Numbered from the stretch's first letter, positions 15,823 to 24,777 are shown. The stretch is DNA of 25,752 nucleotides from a virus (IMGVR_UViG_3300037461_000219:1-25752), one strand, 5' to 3'. Numbers and translations are program-made. The notes: generated by a model from the letters alone, not told the origin.

Positions 15823-17251
15823 ACTCTATCTCTACTTCGTTTGTGAATAGTTCCTCGCTTGTCGACTTACCTCCCTCGCTTACAACCGTTACATCAACTG
15901 GCTCCGTAGTCTCACCCATTAAAAGCTTAACATCAGTCGCCGCAAAGATCATCGCAAAGTAATCAGTAAAATACATATCTGCAAACGATGTCTCAAGTAA
16001 GTAACTCGAGGCCATACGCTGAGAGATCAATTTTCTGATTCCGTACTGATCTGTGTAGTAGTTGCGGTCACTTTTCAAACTCTGTACTGCCCCGCCGTTG
16101 TAAGCCAGATACTCAGTTCCTCCCGTTAATCCGATAAATTCAAGTATCGCCCGATAAGAGTTACATTTTGAATCCACGCTAACCGTCAACACTGAACTAA
16201 TCGTTGCGGCCCCGTCATCGTCCTGAATATACAGTTTCAAAGAGCTGGCAACGGCGGCCATCAATTCACCTGTATTTAAAATTACAACTCCCCAGCCTTC
16301 GGCACACGTTCCGGTTCCGCCGGTCACATAAGAGGCTGAATCCTTTGATAAAAACAACTCCAGTGATACATATTCTGTAAAGAATGTAACAAAATACTCA
16401 CTCGGGGACGACGTGAAGAACATACAGGCCCCGTCTCTAAGGGTCATATTAGCGAAGTAGCTCGCCGTCGAAGATAAAACATAAGACGAAAAAGCAGTAT
16501 TTACAAACCTCGACGACGGAACGTAACGATAAGCCTGAGTTGTTGAAGTCGCTGAAGTAGTAGTTACTCCTGAACTGTCCTCATAAACCTCTGTAAACAC
16601 GACAAAATAAGGCACCAACATGCCTCCAATATTGGTGCGGTCAGTAGTTATCTTCACCAGAAAGAAGTCGCCCCCAAAGTTCTGCGAAGCCTGTCCCCCG
16701 ACGCAAAGCCTGAGTGATCCCGTTGTCGTCGGCATGATTATCACGCCCCGGTTATTTGCGATTGTCGCCCAGTTTGCCCCTCCGGTGTCCAATTTAAATT
16801 GAGGTGCATTTGTGCCAGTTGTAGCAAACCCCGTAGAGTAAGCCAAGTAAAGTTCACCAGGTACCATTGCGACGGTGTTACTCTGAGCAGCAGCAGCGAC
16901 GGTGCTGATAGCCGAAGAAATAGTATTACCGGAAGTGGTGAGGGTTGTAAACGTCCCGGTCCCTGCTGAAAAGCTCGTTATAAGGTTTGAACCCACCGAG
17001 CCAAGTTGCCAATTAGCCCCGGTGTTCCTCGGTAACTTCAACCCGTAGTTTAACGACCTCAGAATATCGCCAAAATCAAAATCGCTCAGTCCTTTCGGTT
17101 TCTCAATGACAGCCTTAACAACGCCCTCATGATAGACCTCTGCCCGGATACGAAGATTGTTATAACTTGAAGATACGGTTTTATCAGTCGTTACCGTGAA
17201 CCGGCCATGACCGTCAATGTTACCCGGGTTACTGCTTATTGTTATTGCCAT
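15806..17251 (-). CDS. Tail structural protein (distal-tail-like)
   Basis: Ser/Thr-rich, beta-rich. Start MAITISSNP (17251) preferred over 17314. C-terminal FIGLTGGTEY motif. Confidence 0.6.
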   Translation of the reverse strand: MAITISSNPGNIDGHGRFTVTTDKTVSSSYNNLRIRAEVYHEGVVKAVIEKPKGLSDFDFGDILRSLNYGLKLPRNTGANWQLGSVGSNLITSFSAGTGTFTTLTTSGNTISSAISTVAAAAQSNTVAMVPGELYLAYSTGFATTGTNAPQFKLDTGGANWATIANNRGVIIMPTTTGSLRLCVGGQASQNFGGDFFLVKITTDRTNIGGMLVPYFVVFTEVYEDSSGVTTTSATSTTQAYRYVPSSRFVNTAFSSYVLSSTASYFANMTLRDGACMFFTSSPSEYFVTFFTEYVSLELFLSKDSASYVTGGTGTCAEGWGVVILNTGELMAAVASSLKLYIQDDDGAATISSVLTVSVDSKCNSYRAILEFIGLTGGTEYLAYNGGAVQSLKSDRNYYTDQYGIRKLISQRMASSYLLETSFADMYFTDYFAMIFAATDVKLLMGETTEPVDVTVVSEGGKSTSEELFTNEVEIEFDYGF

Positions 17252-17795
17252 CGTTAAATTCTTTTGCCATTGTAGATAAACTCTTTGAAACATAAGTTTC
17301 GGCCAAATCAGCAAAGAGGGGTTCTAAGTTTAATTCATCTGAAGCCTTATCTGCCCACTTTGTCCCCTGCCCTGAAGTCCTTAGCGGCATACCTTTTTTT
17401 CTTTGTTCAGTAGCTATTGCAAATGCAACGCTTTTCTGCTGGCGTGGATCACTGATATTCATCCTCAGTTGAACATATCTCATCAGGCCTGTGATATAAG
17501 CCGACCTGCCCGCACCACTCCCCCGTGTATAAGGTATCCGATTTGCTTTTACCCCAAAGTTCAAATAAGTGCCGTACTTTTCAGCCATGAAGTTTATCGC
17601 AAAACCACCGCTATAAGCATCGGCCTCACTTTCAATATCCCTAATTAAAGCCCCGGTTAACGTGTGTCCCTCGTCAGTGAATGACTTTAATAGCACTTTT
17701 TTTACCTCTTCCTCAATCCGATCCATAAAAGCAGAAACCTCCGCAGCAGATAACCGGGGAGTAAAGAATGATAATATTTGTTCTTCGCCGTTCAT
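17229..17795 (-). CDS. HK97 gp10-like neck/tail-completion protein
   Basis: TGALIRDI, YGTYLNFGV and AFAIA...KKG motifs. Confidence 0.6.
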   Translation of the reverse strand: MNGEEQILSFFTPRLSAAEVSAFMDRIEEEVKKVLLKSFTDEGHTLTGALIRDIESEADAYSGGFAINFMAEKYGTYLNFGVKANRIPYTRGSGAGRSAYITGLMRYVQLRMNISDPRQQKSVAFAIATEQRKKGMPLRTSGQGTKWADKASDELNLEPLFADLAETYVSKSLSTMAKEFNDGNNNKQ

Positions 17796-18241
17796 TTCGG
17801 GATATCAGCGTTACAGTATAGTTCCATCTCAACATCAAACGATACCCCTATTTCAGCATCGACCGTTAATCCGTACTCATATAACTCATTCGGCATGTCA
17901 TCCAAGTTTGTCAGCTTAATGTACTGATTCGCCCCCAGAAGTGTAAGATAGGCCCGGAAGTCATCACGGATGCCGTCCCAAATCTGCTGCTTAGTCTGAG
18001 TTTCTGTAGAAGCATCACGGTCAAAGTAATCCATGACATAGGCCCTCAAGGTGACTTTTTCCTTTGGTGTTGAAGAACGCTGCCAGTTCATCCGGGACTT
18101 AAAGGTATTCAAATCCCAAAACACATACGGGTAATCCTTATCCCTTTCGGTGTTGACAATGTGATTGCGGTCAAAATATACCTTCTCAATCCCCGTCGCA
18201 GGGACCGTCTCCAGTTGTATTTTCAGATACTCTAACTTCAT
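17792..18241 (-). CDS. Putative tail terminator/completion protein
   Basis: 149 aa, acidic, YPYVF motif, next to the gp10-like gene. Confidence 0.5.
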   Translation of the reverse strand: MKLEYLKIQLETVPATGIEKVYFDRNHIVNTERDKDYPYVFWDLNTFKSRMNWQRSSTPKEKVTLRAYVMDYFDRDASTETQTKQQIWDGIRDDFRAYLTLLGANQYIKLTNLDDMPNELYEYGLTVDAEIGVSFDVEMELYCNADIPK

Positions 18242-18347
18242 AATACTTTATTCGTTTTCGTATGTACTCCCGTCCGCTCTCATTCAGTTCTGATCCGCAG
18301 AGGTTATCCAGGATAGCTTTTAACTCATGGATAATCAGCTCATTCAT
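18186..18347 (-). CDS. Small hypothetical protein (53 aa)
   Basis: Manually translated: MNELIIHELKAILDNLCGSELNESGREYIRKRIKYYE... ATGA overlap upstream, fills the gap. Confidence 0.4.
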   Translation of the reverse strand: MNELIIHELKAILDNLCGSELNESGREYIRKRIKYYEVRVSENTTGDGPCDGD

Positions 18348-18605
18348 TTCATCAGTGCATTTCTGAACGCCTCCTGAGAGCGGAGAAAAGCCAGTGTATT
18401 AAAAAACTCCCACATATTTGTATCCTCCACATCTTTTACCCTTCCGATTATTCCTGTTAAAGCCACCTCATAAATCAGTCCACGTACTCCGAAGTTCATG
18501 ATGCCGCTGCTTCTGGCTGCTTTTGCGCTTGCTCCAGAAGCCCCCTTAAAGATGATAGGGTATCGTTTCCTAATCGCTGCATAAGCCTCATGATGCAAAA
18601 AAAAA
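18344..18605 (-). CDS. -1 frame extension of the tail assembly chaperone (GT-like C-terminus)
   Basis: Open in the -1 frame from the T9 run at 18597-18605: FFLHHEAYAAIRKRYPIIF...FGVRGLIYEVA...WEFFNTLAF. Confidence 0.65.
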
Positions 18606-19254
18606 CCTCCCACACGGCTGACATTGGCAACTCCTTGAACTGCTCAATCCTACTCAAAACAAGTTCATCGCTGTGCTCTTCTCCTTTTTTTCGAAGGTAA
18701 ACAGCACACAACTGAGCCAGTCCGTCAATGCCCTTTTCAGCTACATCATGCAATGCTATCTCAATATCAGCAGCCTCGGCAAAGGTAACGATCCTTTCGT
18801 AAGCCAGCGGAGTTTTTTGTCCTCCATATTCAAGGCTTTCGGGCAAGTAAAAGGTTTCGCCCTTGAATGTAAACGCCGTCGCTCCTATTGGCTCAAAGTA
18901 ATCGACCTTTTCACGCTTATCCAACGGAACCTGAGAAATTGCACTCATTGACAGGTACCACAGATAGTCATTGAAAAGCTGCTCACGGACTGACCACTCA
19001 ATTCTTTCAATTACCTTTTGCGGGATGTCGCTTAAAAGCGCTATGACTTTGCCGTAATAAACAGGATAGTCTTTGACAATATTTCGGTAAGTGTCTTTTA
19101 CTACTTCGTCGCTGCCAGTCATCAATAGCTCCCATCGTTTACGCAATTTAGCGGGTACAGGAATAGTAGCCAGTGCCAGATAATCAGACAAAGTTATGTC
19201 ACTCCACTCGTTTTTCAGGGAGTAACCCGTGCCCTCGACAGTGACACGAACCAT
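18496..19254 (-). CDS. Putative tail assembly chaperone (G-like)
   Basis: 252 aa. WSDITLSDY, LCAVYLR and FKELPMSAVWEVFF, with the slippery run at the FF codons. Confidence 0.65.
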   Translation of the reverse strand: MVRVTVEGTGYSLKNEWSDITLSDYLALATIPVPAKLRKRWELLMTGSDEVVKDTYRNIVKDYPVYYGKVIALLSDIPQKVIERIEWSVREQLFNDYLWYLSMSAISQVPLDKREKVDYFEPIGATAFTFKGETFYLPESLEYGGQKTPLAYERIVTFAEAADIEIALHDVAEKGIDGLAQLCAVYLRKKGEEHSDELVLSRIEQFKELPMSAVWEVFFCIMRLMQRLGNDTLSSLRGLLEQAQKQPEAAAS

Positions 19255-19517
19255 TACTGGGCTCTTGGGGGTGCGGTAAAGAGTTTAAAGCTCAAGGCCA
19301 TCGCCTTCAACTTTGTAACCAGCCCGTCAAGCTGCAAAGCATTCTCACGTTCAATAACGTTCTCACGCACCAGGCGCAGATTGCGCTCTTTCTCTATTGC
19401 TAATTGCAGCCCTTCGAGAAGGCTAACCACATCAGCATTGCGAAGCCTGGTTGATTTCTTTACAGGCTTTTCTTTTACCTCTTCTGAGGCTTCATTAAGG
19501 ATGTTTTTCTTGGCCAT
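19254..19517 (-). CDS. Hypothetical protein (coiled-coil)
   Basis: 87 aa, tightly packed in the operon. Confidence 0.6.
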   Translation of the reverse strand: MAKKNILNEASEEVKEKPVKKSTRLRNADVVSLLEGLQLAIEKERNLRLVRENVIERENALQLDGLVTKLKAMALSFKLFTAPPRAQ

Positions 19518-19791
19518 TGAATGTATTTATTGAATTAGACTTAGAATCTACAGCATAGGGAATCCCCTGCCGCAGTGATCTCTCTTTTATGTATGTCATA
19601 GTGTTATCGTCAACCTTGAATGCAAACGGCATCAGGCACATGATTTCAAACTCTGCATCCGATAGCGTTTCAAGTGCTTTTTTTGTGAGAATCGTTATGC
19701 CGTCCTCCTGTATCATTACCTTTTCGCCCAATGACTTCCTAACCTCAGTCACAGGCTTCGGACTTATGTACATTACGTTCTTGTTTCTCAT
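19495..19791 (-). CDS. Hypothetical protein
   Basis: 98 aa, AT-rich upstream region, follows terL. Confidence 0.6.
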   Translation of the reverse strand: MRNKNVMYISPKPVTEVRKSLGEKVMIQEDGITILTKKALETLSDAEFEIMCLMPFAFKVDDNTMTYIKERSLRQGIPYAVDSKSNSINTFNGQEKHP

Positions 19792-19836
19792 GTCTCAAAA
19801 GTATAATGTTTATTTTTAATTGTTCATATAAATTTT

Positions 19837-21162
19837 TTATCCTATTGACCGAAAGCCGACAACCGAAGTGCCTTCATTTATTCCGAGCTCAAAATACATC
19901 CTCATGATAAAAATGTCTAACCAGTCAGGCGAGCGTCCTAATACCTCCTTGATCTTTTCCTTCGGGAGTATCCTTAACTTGCCGTCCTTGTCACTTTCGT
20001 AAGTCTTTAACATCCCTAACTCCTGCCGTATCATTTCAATCTCGTTATCTGGCAAATCGCATTCGATATAAATGTACTTTACAAGTTCAGCTAGCTTATA
20101 TCCACACTGACACTTCAGATTAAAGTACATTTTATTTGTCGGCGAAGATCCATTTTTAAAACCCTTACACCTTAATTCGTCAACCACACCACCACCAACG
20201 CCGTCCTCATCAACAAGTATATTTGATGATCCGACCTTGTGTTTAGTTTTCAAGGCATTGATAGCATCTTTTATTATCAGTGTTGATGATATGGCAAATG
20301 TGATGTACTCAATTAATCTCATCCCGTCCCATACGGTTATAATCGCACGGTCAGACCCGAAACGGGCAATATCAGCAACAATCCGCTTTTCTCCTTTCAG
20401 GGCAAAGTCATTTGTAAACAAGTTACTGATCTTCTCAAAGTCAATCAATACAGTAGGATCATCATCGTATTCCCACTCCCCAAACATCAATCGTTGCTTC
20501 TCCTTCTCAGGCAGTCGCCCCAGTGCATTCAAATAATCAGCCGTCAGGTATGCGTTATCAGTCGGCAACGCTCGGACAAACTTCCGGTAATCAGGTATTG
20601 AACCGTTTTTTTGTGGAAGGTAAAAGTTAGTATAAGCATATCCCTTATTAGGGTTACAGGTCATTAGTATCTTTCGCTTAAGGTCATAATCAGAGTTTTT
20701 CCACCTTCCAACAGCAGCAGCCAGGTTAATGATTGCCATGCTATCTATCTGCCCTATCTCTTCAAACCACCCACGAGTAAACTGAAGCGACCCAAATCGC
20801 TGGTATTCAGGATCAGAAGGCAATCTTTTGCAGTCAATGAAATAAACCTTTGAGCCGTTGTAAAGTGAAAAATAGTTATGCTGTCCGTTGTATGTAACGT
20901 AATCAGGGAACGACAACCCCATTTTATTAAACACCTCAACAATGGAAGGATAAGTATATTTTACGAGGTCATTCAAATCTCGACGAGCGATGAAATAAGA
21001 AGTTTCAGGATAAATCAGGGCATCCCCAAAAATCAAAAAGCAGCCCAGATAGCTCTTGCCGCCGCCTTTTGCCCCTCCAAATAAAAGCTCTTCTGTAATA
21101 CTGTCAAGCCAGTGTTCTGCCGCTATAATCTGTTTTTCCTGTAGCTCAACTGTAGGAGTCAT
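19837..21162 (-). CDS. terL: Terminase large subunit
   Basis: Walker A GGAKGGGKS, Walker B GWFEE, TCNP coupling motif, nuclease motifs ADIARFGSD, VDEDGVGGG and SPDWLD. Confidence 0.95.
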   Translation of the reverse strand: MTPTVELQEKQIIAAEHWLDSITEELLFGGAKGGGKSYLGCFLIFGDALIYPETSYFIARRDLNDLVKYTYPSIVEVFNKMGLSFPDYVTYNGQHNYFSLYNGSKVYFIDCKRLPSDPEYQRFGSLQFTRGWFEEIGQIDSMAIINLAAAVGRWKNSDYDLKRKILMTCNPNKGYAYTNFYLPQKNGSIPDYRKFVRALPTDNAYLTADYLNALGRLPEKEKQRLMFGEWEYDDDPTVLIDFEKISNLFTNDFALKGEKRIVADIARFGSDRAIITVWDGMRLIEYITFAISSTLIIKDAINALKTKHKVGSSNILVDEDGVGGGVVDELRCKGFKNGSSPTNKMYFNLKCQCGYKLAELVKYIYIECDLPDNEIEMIRQELGMLKTYESDKDGKLRILPKEKIKEVLGRSPDWLDIFIMRMYFELGINEGTSVVGFRSIG

Positions 21163-21578
21163 TTTTTGCTTACGGTTATTCCCGTTATTGGCTCTACAAT
21201 CTTAACCCGCTGCTCGTTCTCGGTCTTATCTTTCCAACCATGATCATTTGTTAAAACAAACTTAGTCATAGTAGCATTTAGCACGTCTGCCGTGCCTAAT
21301 CTTTTCAGCTTTATTTCCTGTATTTTCCTCGCCCGCTCAATAAGCTTCGAAAACGAGGTAAATTTTTCTGACAAATAAGAAATTAATTGAGGGTATAAAT
21401 CTTTCTGAATGATAAGAAAATCTTCGAAGAAGATATTACCATCTTTTTCTTTTTGCCAGTCGATAAGATCCCTGCCTAATTGCAAAGCAACGTCCTCAGT
21501 CCATTTTTCGTCAGGCTGATAGTCAGCACTAAACTGTCGTCCTTCTTCCGGTTTTATTTTTCCTTTACCCCCTGGCAT
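21159..21578 (-). CDS. terS: Terminase small subunit
   Basis: Directly upstream of terL (ATGA overlap). KFVLTNDHGWKDKTE motif. Confidence 0.75.
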   Translation of the reverse strand: MPGGKGKIKPEEGRQFSADYQPDEKWTEDVALQLGRDLIDWQKEKDGNIFFEDFLIIQKDLYPQLISYLSEKFTSFSKLIERARKIQEIKLKRLGTADVLNATMTKFVLTNDHGWKDKTENEQRVKIVEPITGITVSKK

Positions 21579-21579
21579 C

Positions 21580-21792
21580 TCAGTTCATCCCTATTGACTT
21601 CCAAAACACTCTTTTCATTCGCCTCTTCTGAAGATTCTTAAACCCTCTTTCGGCATTGATTTCATCAAGTAAGTTTACCAGGGCTTCTGATTTGGTTCCG
21701 CCTTCAGCATAATAAGTGCCGTAAATAGCAATATAGCCACTATCGTTCATCGTTAACCGAGCTTTGTTTACTATCTCTTTTACCCGTATCAC
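21580..21792 (-). CDS. Hypothetical protein
   Basis: 70 aa. YAEGGTKSEALVNL is weakly reminiscent of the HicB-like partial RNase H fold. Confidence 0.5.
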   Translation of the reverse strand: MIRVKEIVNKARLTMNDSGYIAIYGTYYAEGGTKSEALVNLLDEINAERGFKNLQKRRMKRVFWKSIGMN

Positions 21793-21809
21793 AACTCTTT
21801 GTCATCTCG

Positions 21810-21817
21810 CAAATATA
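21810..21817 (-). promoter_or_regulatory. -7 promoter element (TATATTTG) for the packaging/tail operon
   Basis: TAnnTTTG, intergenic, downstream of a terminator. Confidence 0.65.
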
Positions 21818-21837
21818 TAAAATTAATTGACAAAAAC

Positions 21838-21863
21838 AAAAAAAGCCTCATTTTATTGAGGCT
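21838..21863 (-). terminator. Intrinsic terminator
   Basis: Minus strand AGCCTCA-ATAAAA-TGAGGCT followed by a T-run. Confidence 0.75.
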
Positions 21864-21912
21864 CGATTGGCCGTAGTGGGTATCTAATTAGTATTGGCTC
21901 ATTTTCACATTT

Positions 21913-21920
21913 CAAAGATA
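21913..21920 (-). promoter_or_regulatory. -7 promoter element (TATCTTTG)
   Basis: TAnnTTTG, intergenic, ~50 nt upstream of the terminator hairpin. Confidence 0.5.
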
Positions 21921-21978
21921 CAACTATTTTCTGAATAAACAATTAAAAGTTTTGCGGTATCACAATCGTGTCCCCCGG

Positions 21979-22383
21979 CTATTTAATACGTTCTAATATT
22001 TTGTCAATATTATCATCATTACTGCCTAATCTGTGACTAAGGCTTAATTGTCCTAATTCTAAAATTTCCTGTAATTCAAGTATGGAATGCTGCCCAATAT
22101 TTATACATCTTCTTAACCCTTCGTAACTTACAATCTGAACAAACGTATTTAATGGTATATTGGTTACATCTATAGGTTCACCCCTTCTATCCCTATTTTC
22201 AGGAACATATTTCTTAAGTGCATTTATAAGCCTTATGCTTGGTTTTATCTCTACCAATGTTTTGTTTCTTATAGGATAGATTATGTCCTTGTCTCGCTCC
22301 CATAAATCTATCTTTCGCCTCATTTCTGTGTGATATTCTTCTACTTTATATAAGGCAGCTTCGTATTCTTCTTTTGTAATCAT
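21979..22383 (-). CDS. Protein with RNA polymerase alpha-CTD-like domain
   Basis: LVEIKPSIRLINALKK...LRRCINIGQHSILELQEILELGQLSL parallels the RpoA-CTD pattern L.LSVR..NCLK...LL...NLG.KSL.EI...L...GLSL. Confidence 0.65.
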   Translation of the reverse strand: MITKEEYEAALYKVEEYHTEMRRKIDLWERDKDIIYPIRNKTLVEIKPSIRLINALKKYVPENRDRRGEPIDVTNIPLNTFVQIVSYEGLRRCINIGQHSILELQEILELGQLSLSHRLGSNDDNIDKILERIK

Positions 22384-22392
22384 CTTATTTTT

Positions 22393-22965
22393 TTATTTTA
22401 TTATCAAAGTATCTCCCGGCTGCACAAAAGTATGTACCCTCTCGCCCGGAAGCCCAAAGGCAAGTCCCGGAGCTGTCCATGTCAACATCACATAGTTGAA
22501 ATACTGATTGCTTGGAATTATTGAATCAGGTATCCCCGCTGCAGCCCAATCAAAATTAGCATCAAACCACATCTCTTCATAGGCCAGCATACGGTCAGCG
22601 ACGTTGTAAAGTGTGGAGATTTTACCGAACGCATCGGTTATCAGTGTCGTGTCCCATCTAACAAGCGTAGGGCCAATTGTGTCAATTAGTTCAACCGAGA
22701 ATAAAACGTCGGTATGGTTCTGAAAATTGTCAATCGCTCTTATGAGTACAGTGTTGTATCTTTGAGTTAACCATGAACCAGGAGTGGGAGTTTGTTCTAC
22801 GGTGTCAATTCCACAATTATCAGTGAAGGTCATCCGCAGTCGGTAGTCAGGCAGAGCAGCACCGCATTCATCGTTTACGTACAGCGATTGAGACGGTATC
22901 TGTGACATTACGCAAGTGCATGATGTCATTATCGCAGCAAATAGAATAAGAATCAGTTTTTTCAT
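22393..22965 (-). CDS. Putative lipoprotein with HYR/Ig-like domain
   Basis: MKKLILILFAAIMTSC lipobox. LPDY, TDNCG, QTPTPGS, AIDNFQN and DTIGP motifs. Confidence 0.7.
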   Translation of the reverse strand: MKKLILILFAAIMTSCTCVMSQIPSQSLYVNDECGAALPDYRLRMTFTDNCGIDTVEQTPTPGSWLTQRYNTVLIRAIDNFQNHTDVLFSVELIDTIGPTLVRWDTTLITDAFGKISTLYNVADRMLAYEEMWFDANFDWAAAGIPDSIIPSNQYFNYVMLTWTAPGLAFGLPGERVHTFVQPGDTLIIK

Positions 22966-22969
22966 ACTC

Positions 22970-22977
22970 CAAAGTTA
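22970..22977 (-). promoter_or_regulatory. -7 promoter element (TAACTTTG), near-leaderless
   Basis: Only 4 nt between the motif and the ATG at 22965. Confidence 0.5.
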
Positions 22978-22984
22978 TTAATTT

Positions 22985-23080
22985 TTACGCAAATAGCAAA
23001 ATCGCTAACAGGATTCCTCCGATTAATACTGCGGCTGCACAAAGGCTGCCGATTAAGTTGTCACGTGTTTCTGCTTTCAT
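22985..23080 (-). CDS. 31-aa single-TM peptide
   Basis: Manually translated: MKAETRDNLIGSLCAAAVLIGGILLAILLFA. ATGA overlap upstream. Confidence 0.55.
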   Translation of the reverse strand: MKAETRDNLIGSLCAAAVLIGGILLAILLFA

Positions 23081-23301
23081 TTTTCACTTTCGTTTAGTTC
23101 TGTTGACGACCCTGTCCATACCCTCATAGGTGGTGTACAATTACACTCCATTGAGTAGGGGCTATGAACTTTGCCGCACCTCGGGCAAACCCATCCCTGC
23201 ATGGGGATGGCAGGCTGTAGGTTTTTTTGATTACATTCGCCGCAAACTAAGTAATAGTCTGCTGTTGTAAGCTCTCTTCCGCAAAGAATACATTTACTCA
23301 T
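23077..23301 (-). CDS. Small Zn-finger protein
   Basis: CILC, CGEC, GWVCPRCG and CNC. Confidence 0.7.
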   Translation of the reverse strand: MSKCILCGRELTTADYYLVCGECNQKNLQPAIPMQGWVCPRCGKVHSPYSMECNCTPPMRVWTGSSTELNESEK

Positions 23302-23477
23302 TTCTCTTCTCCTTTCAATTCTCGTTTTACTCCGTTGATGAATCCATATATTTCATGGTCACACCATCCGTCAAGTCTTACAATAAGTGCCACTAAGGTT
23401 CTGATTAGCGTCCAAGGCGTATGCAATATAGCTAACACGTAGAAAACAATGCGATAAATAAGATCAGGCAGCTTCAT
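23298..23477 (-). CDS. Small hydrophobic protein
   Basis: Start MKLPDLIY (23477) overlaps the upstream TGA. Confidence 0.55.
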   Translation of the reverse strand: MKLPDLIYRIVFYVLAILHTPWTLIRTLVALIVRLDGWCDHEIYGFINGVKRELKGEEK

Positions 23478-23812
23478 CCCTCTCCTCCCTCCGTTAAGTT
23501 GTTCGGTTTTTCCGAACTGGTCATGCGGTTGCGAAACCACTCAACCATCTTTAATATCGCACTTCTTGTCATAGCTATCTCTGTTGTTGTGTAATTATCT
23601 ATTTCAACATCAGTATAGCAGTCAAAATGATTATTGAAATACTGCAACGCCTCTTCCTCGCTCGGCATCTTAGCCTTGAACTCGGCAAGTGCTTTGTCGT
23701 GTTCGCTGATGAGGGCGGTGAGGTCGGAAAAAAGACATTTTCTTGTTTTTCTCCATTCGGAGAACCCATATTTATTTAGTATATCCCAAAGTTTTTTTTC
23801 CCTATTAGTCAT
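23474..23812 (-). CDS. Hypothetical protein
   Basis: 112 aa, overlaps neighbours in the operon. Confidence 0.65.
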   Translation of the reverse strand: MTNREKKLWDILNKYGFSEWRKTRKCLFSDLTALISEHDKALAEFKAKMPSEEEALQYFNNHFDCYTDVEIDNYTTTEIAMTRSAILKMVEWFRNRMTSSEKPNNLTEGGEG

Positions 23813-24023
23813 TTCTACCCCTTTTATGATTATCGCTTATAATGACATTCTCAATATCTTTTACAACCTCAAAGTCTTTCTCCCCCTTGAGATTCCTTGC
23901 GAGTTCGGGTTCATGCTTTTCAATGCATGGCATACACATCCATCCAGCATCTTCTGCTCCTATTGCGTTAGTTCGGTGCAGCATTTTATCAAAACAACTC
24001 ACACCACATTTGATACATTTCAT
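23805..24023 (-). CDS. Small Zn-finger protein
   Basis: CIKCG and WMCMPC. Confidence 0.65.
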   Translation of the reverse strand: MKCIKCGVSCFDKMLHRTNAIGAEDAGWMCMPCIEKHEPELARNLKGEKDFEVVKDIENVIISDNHKRGRND

Positions 24024-24472
24024 TTCTCTTTGCTTTTAAGGTATTCATTATATTCTCCTTGCCAATCATCACAAGCAATATCACAGCTACTACTGATATT
24101 TGTACATGGATTCCCAACAAGCCCTGCCGCCATATTAAGAAGAGATTCTACTTTTTTCATCCTCTCGCTCACCATCTTCTCTGCTGTCCGCTGGGCGTGG
24201 AGGGTGGCAAACCTTTTCATTGCACGAAACATAAACCCACCACTTTCTTTTACAAGATCATTCCATTTTTCGTCTGACAATGGAACATCGCCACGTTTTA
24301 CTGCTTCTTCGGCAAAGCACTCTCTAAATATCTCCTCTGCACCCTCGGCGGGAGGGAGGGGATGTTCGGCAAGGTATAAGTCCGCTGCCTTTTCGGGGGA
24401 TATGATTTCGCCCGTCCCCCACTTGCGTCTCGTAAGCCACTTGTCGTAGGCTATTAATTCTTCTCTTTTCAT
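24020..24472 (-). CDS. Hypothetical protein
   Basis: 150 aa, ATGA overlap downstream. Confidence 0.65.
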   Translation of the reverse strand: MKREELIAYDKWLTRRKWGTGEIISPEKAADLYLAEHPLPPAEGAEEIFRECFAEEAVKRGDVPLSDEKWNDLVKESGGFMFRAMKRFATLHAQRTAEKMVSERMKKVESLLNMAAGLVGNPCTNISSSCDIACDDWQGEYNEYLKSKEK

Positions 24473-24558
24473 CTCTCGGTGTTTTTATTTTCTATCCCTG
24501 GTTTTATATGTTAACCTTTAGTGTACATACAACATAGTTAGCATCCACTCCGCAGCCG

Positions 24559-24777
24559 CTAACCATCGGTGTTTTTGATTGCGGCTAATTCTTTTAAATC
24601 GTCAAGTTTTACAATAATGGTATTTGCATATTCCTGCTTACCCCACATGATTGATATTGGATATGGGTCAACAAAACAGGTTGCAATAGAATTGTAAACC
24701 TTCTTAATTTTTACATCTTGTCCTGACGGCATATGTATATGAGTTGCATCTATCATAACTCGGTATTTTCTGCACAT
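24559..24777 (-). CDS. Hypothetical protein
   Basis: 72-aa ORF in strand context. Start uncertain. Confidence 0.45.
   Translation of the reverse strand: MCRKYRVMIDATHIHMPSGQDVKIKKVYNSIATCFVDPYPISIMWGKQEYANTIIVKLDDLKELAAIKNTDG

Noticed and set aside
20827-20862. Unit 2 gapped match to terL (YNGSKVYFIDCK)
   Set aside because: Only 14/24 nt, within chance for a window of this size.
22986-23005. Ungapped resemblance of concatenated unit-1 dinucleotides to aaatagcaaaatcgc
   Set aside because: 14/20 nt in AT-rich sequence, and inconsistent with the gapped register that fits unit 4.
23634-24449. 271-aa plus-strand ORF (and the other plus-strand ORFs in the track)
   Set aside because: Shadows of well-packed minus-strand genes, with no recognisable motifs.
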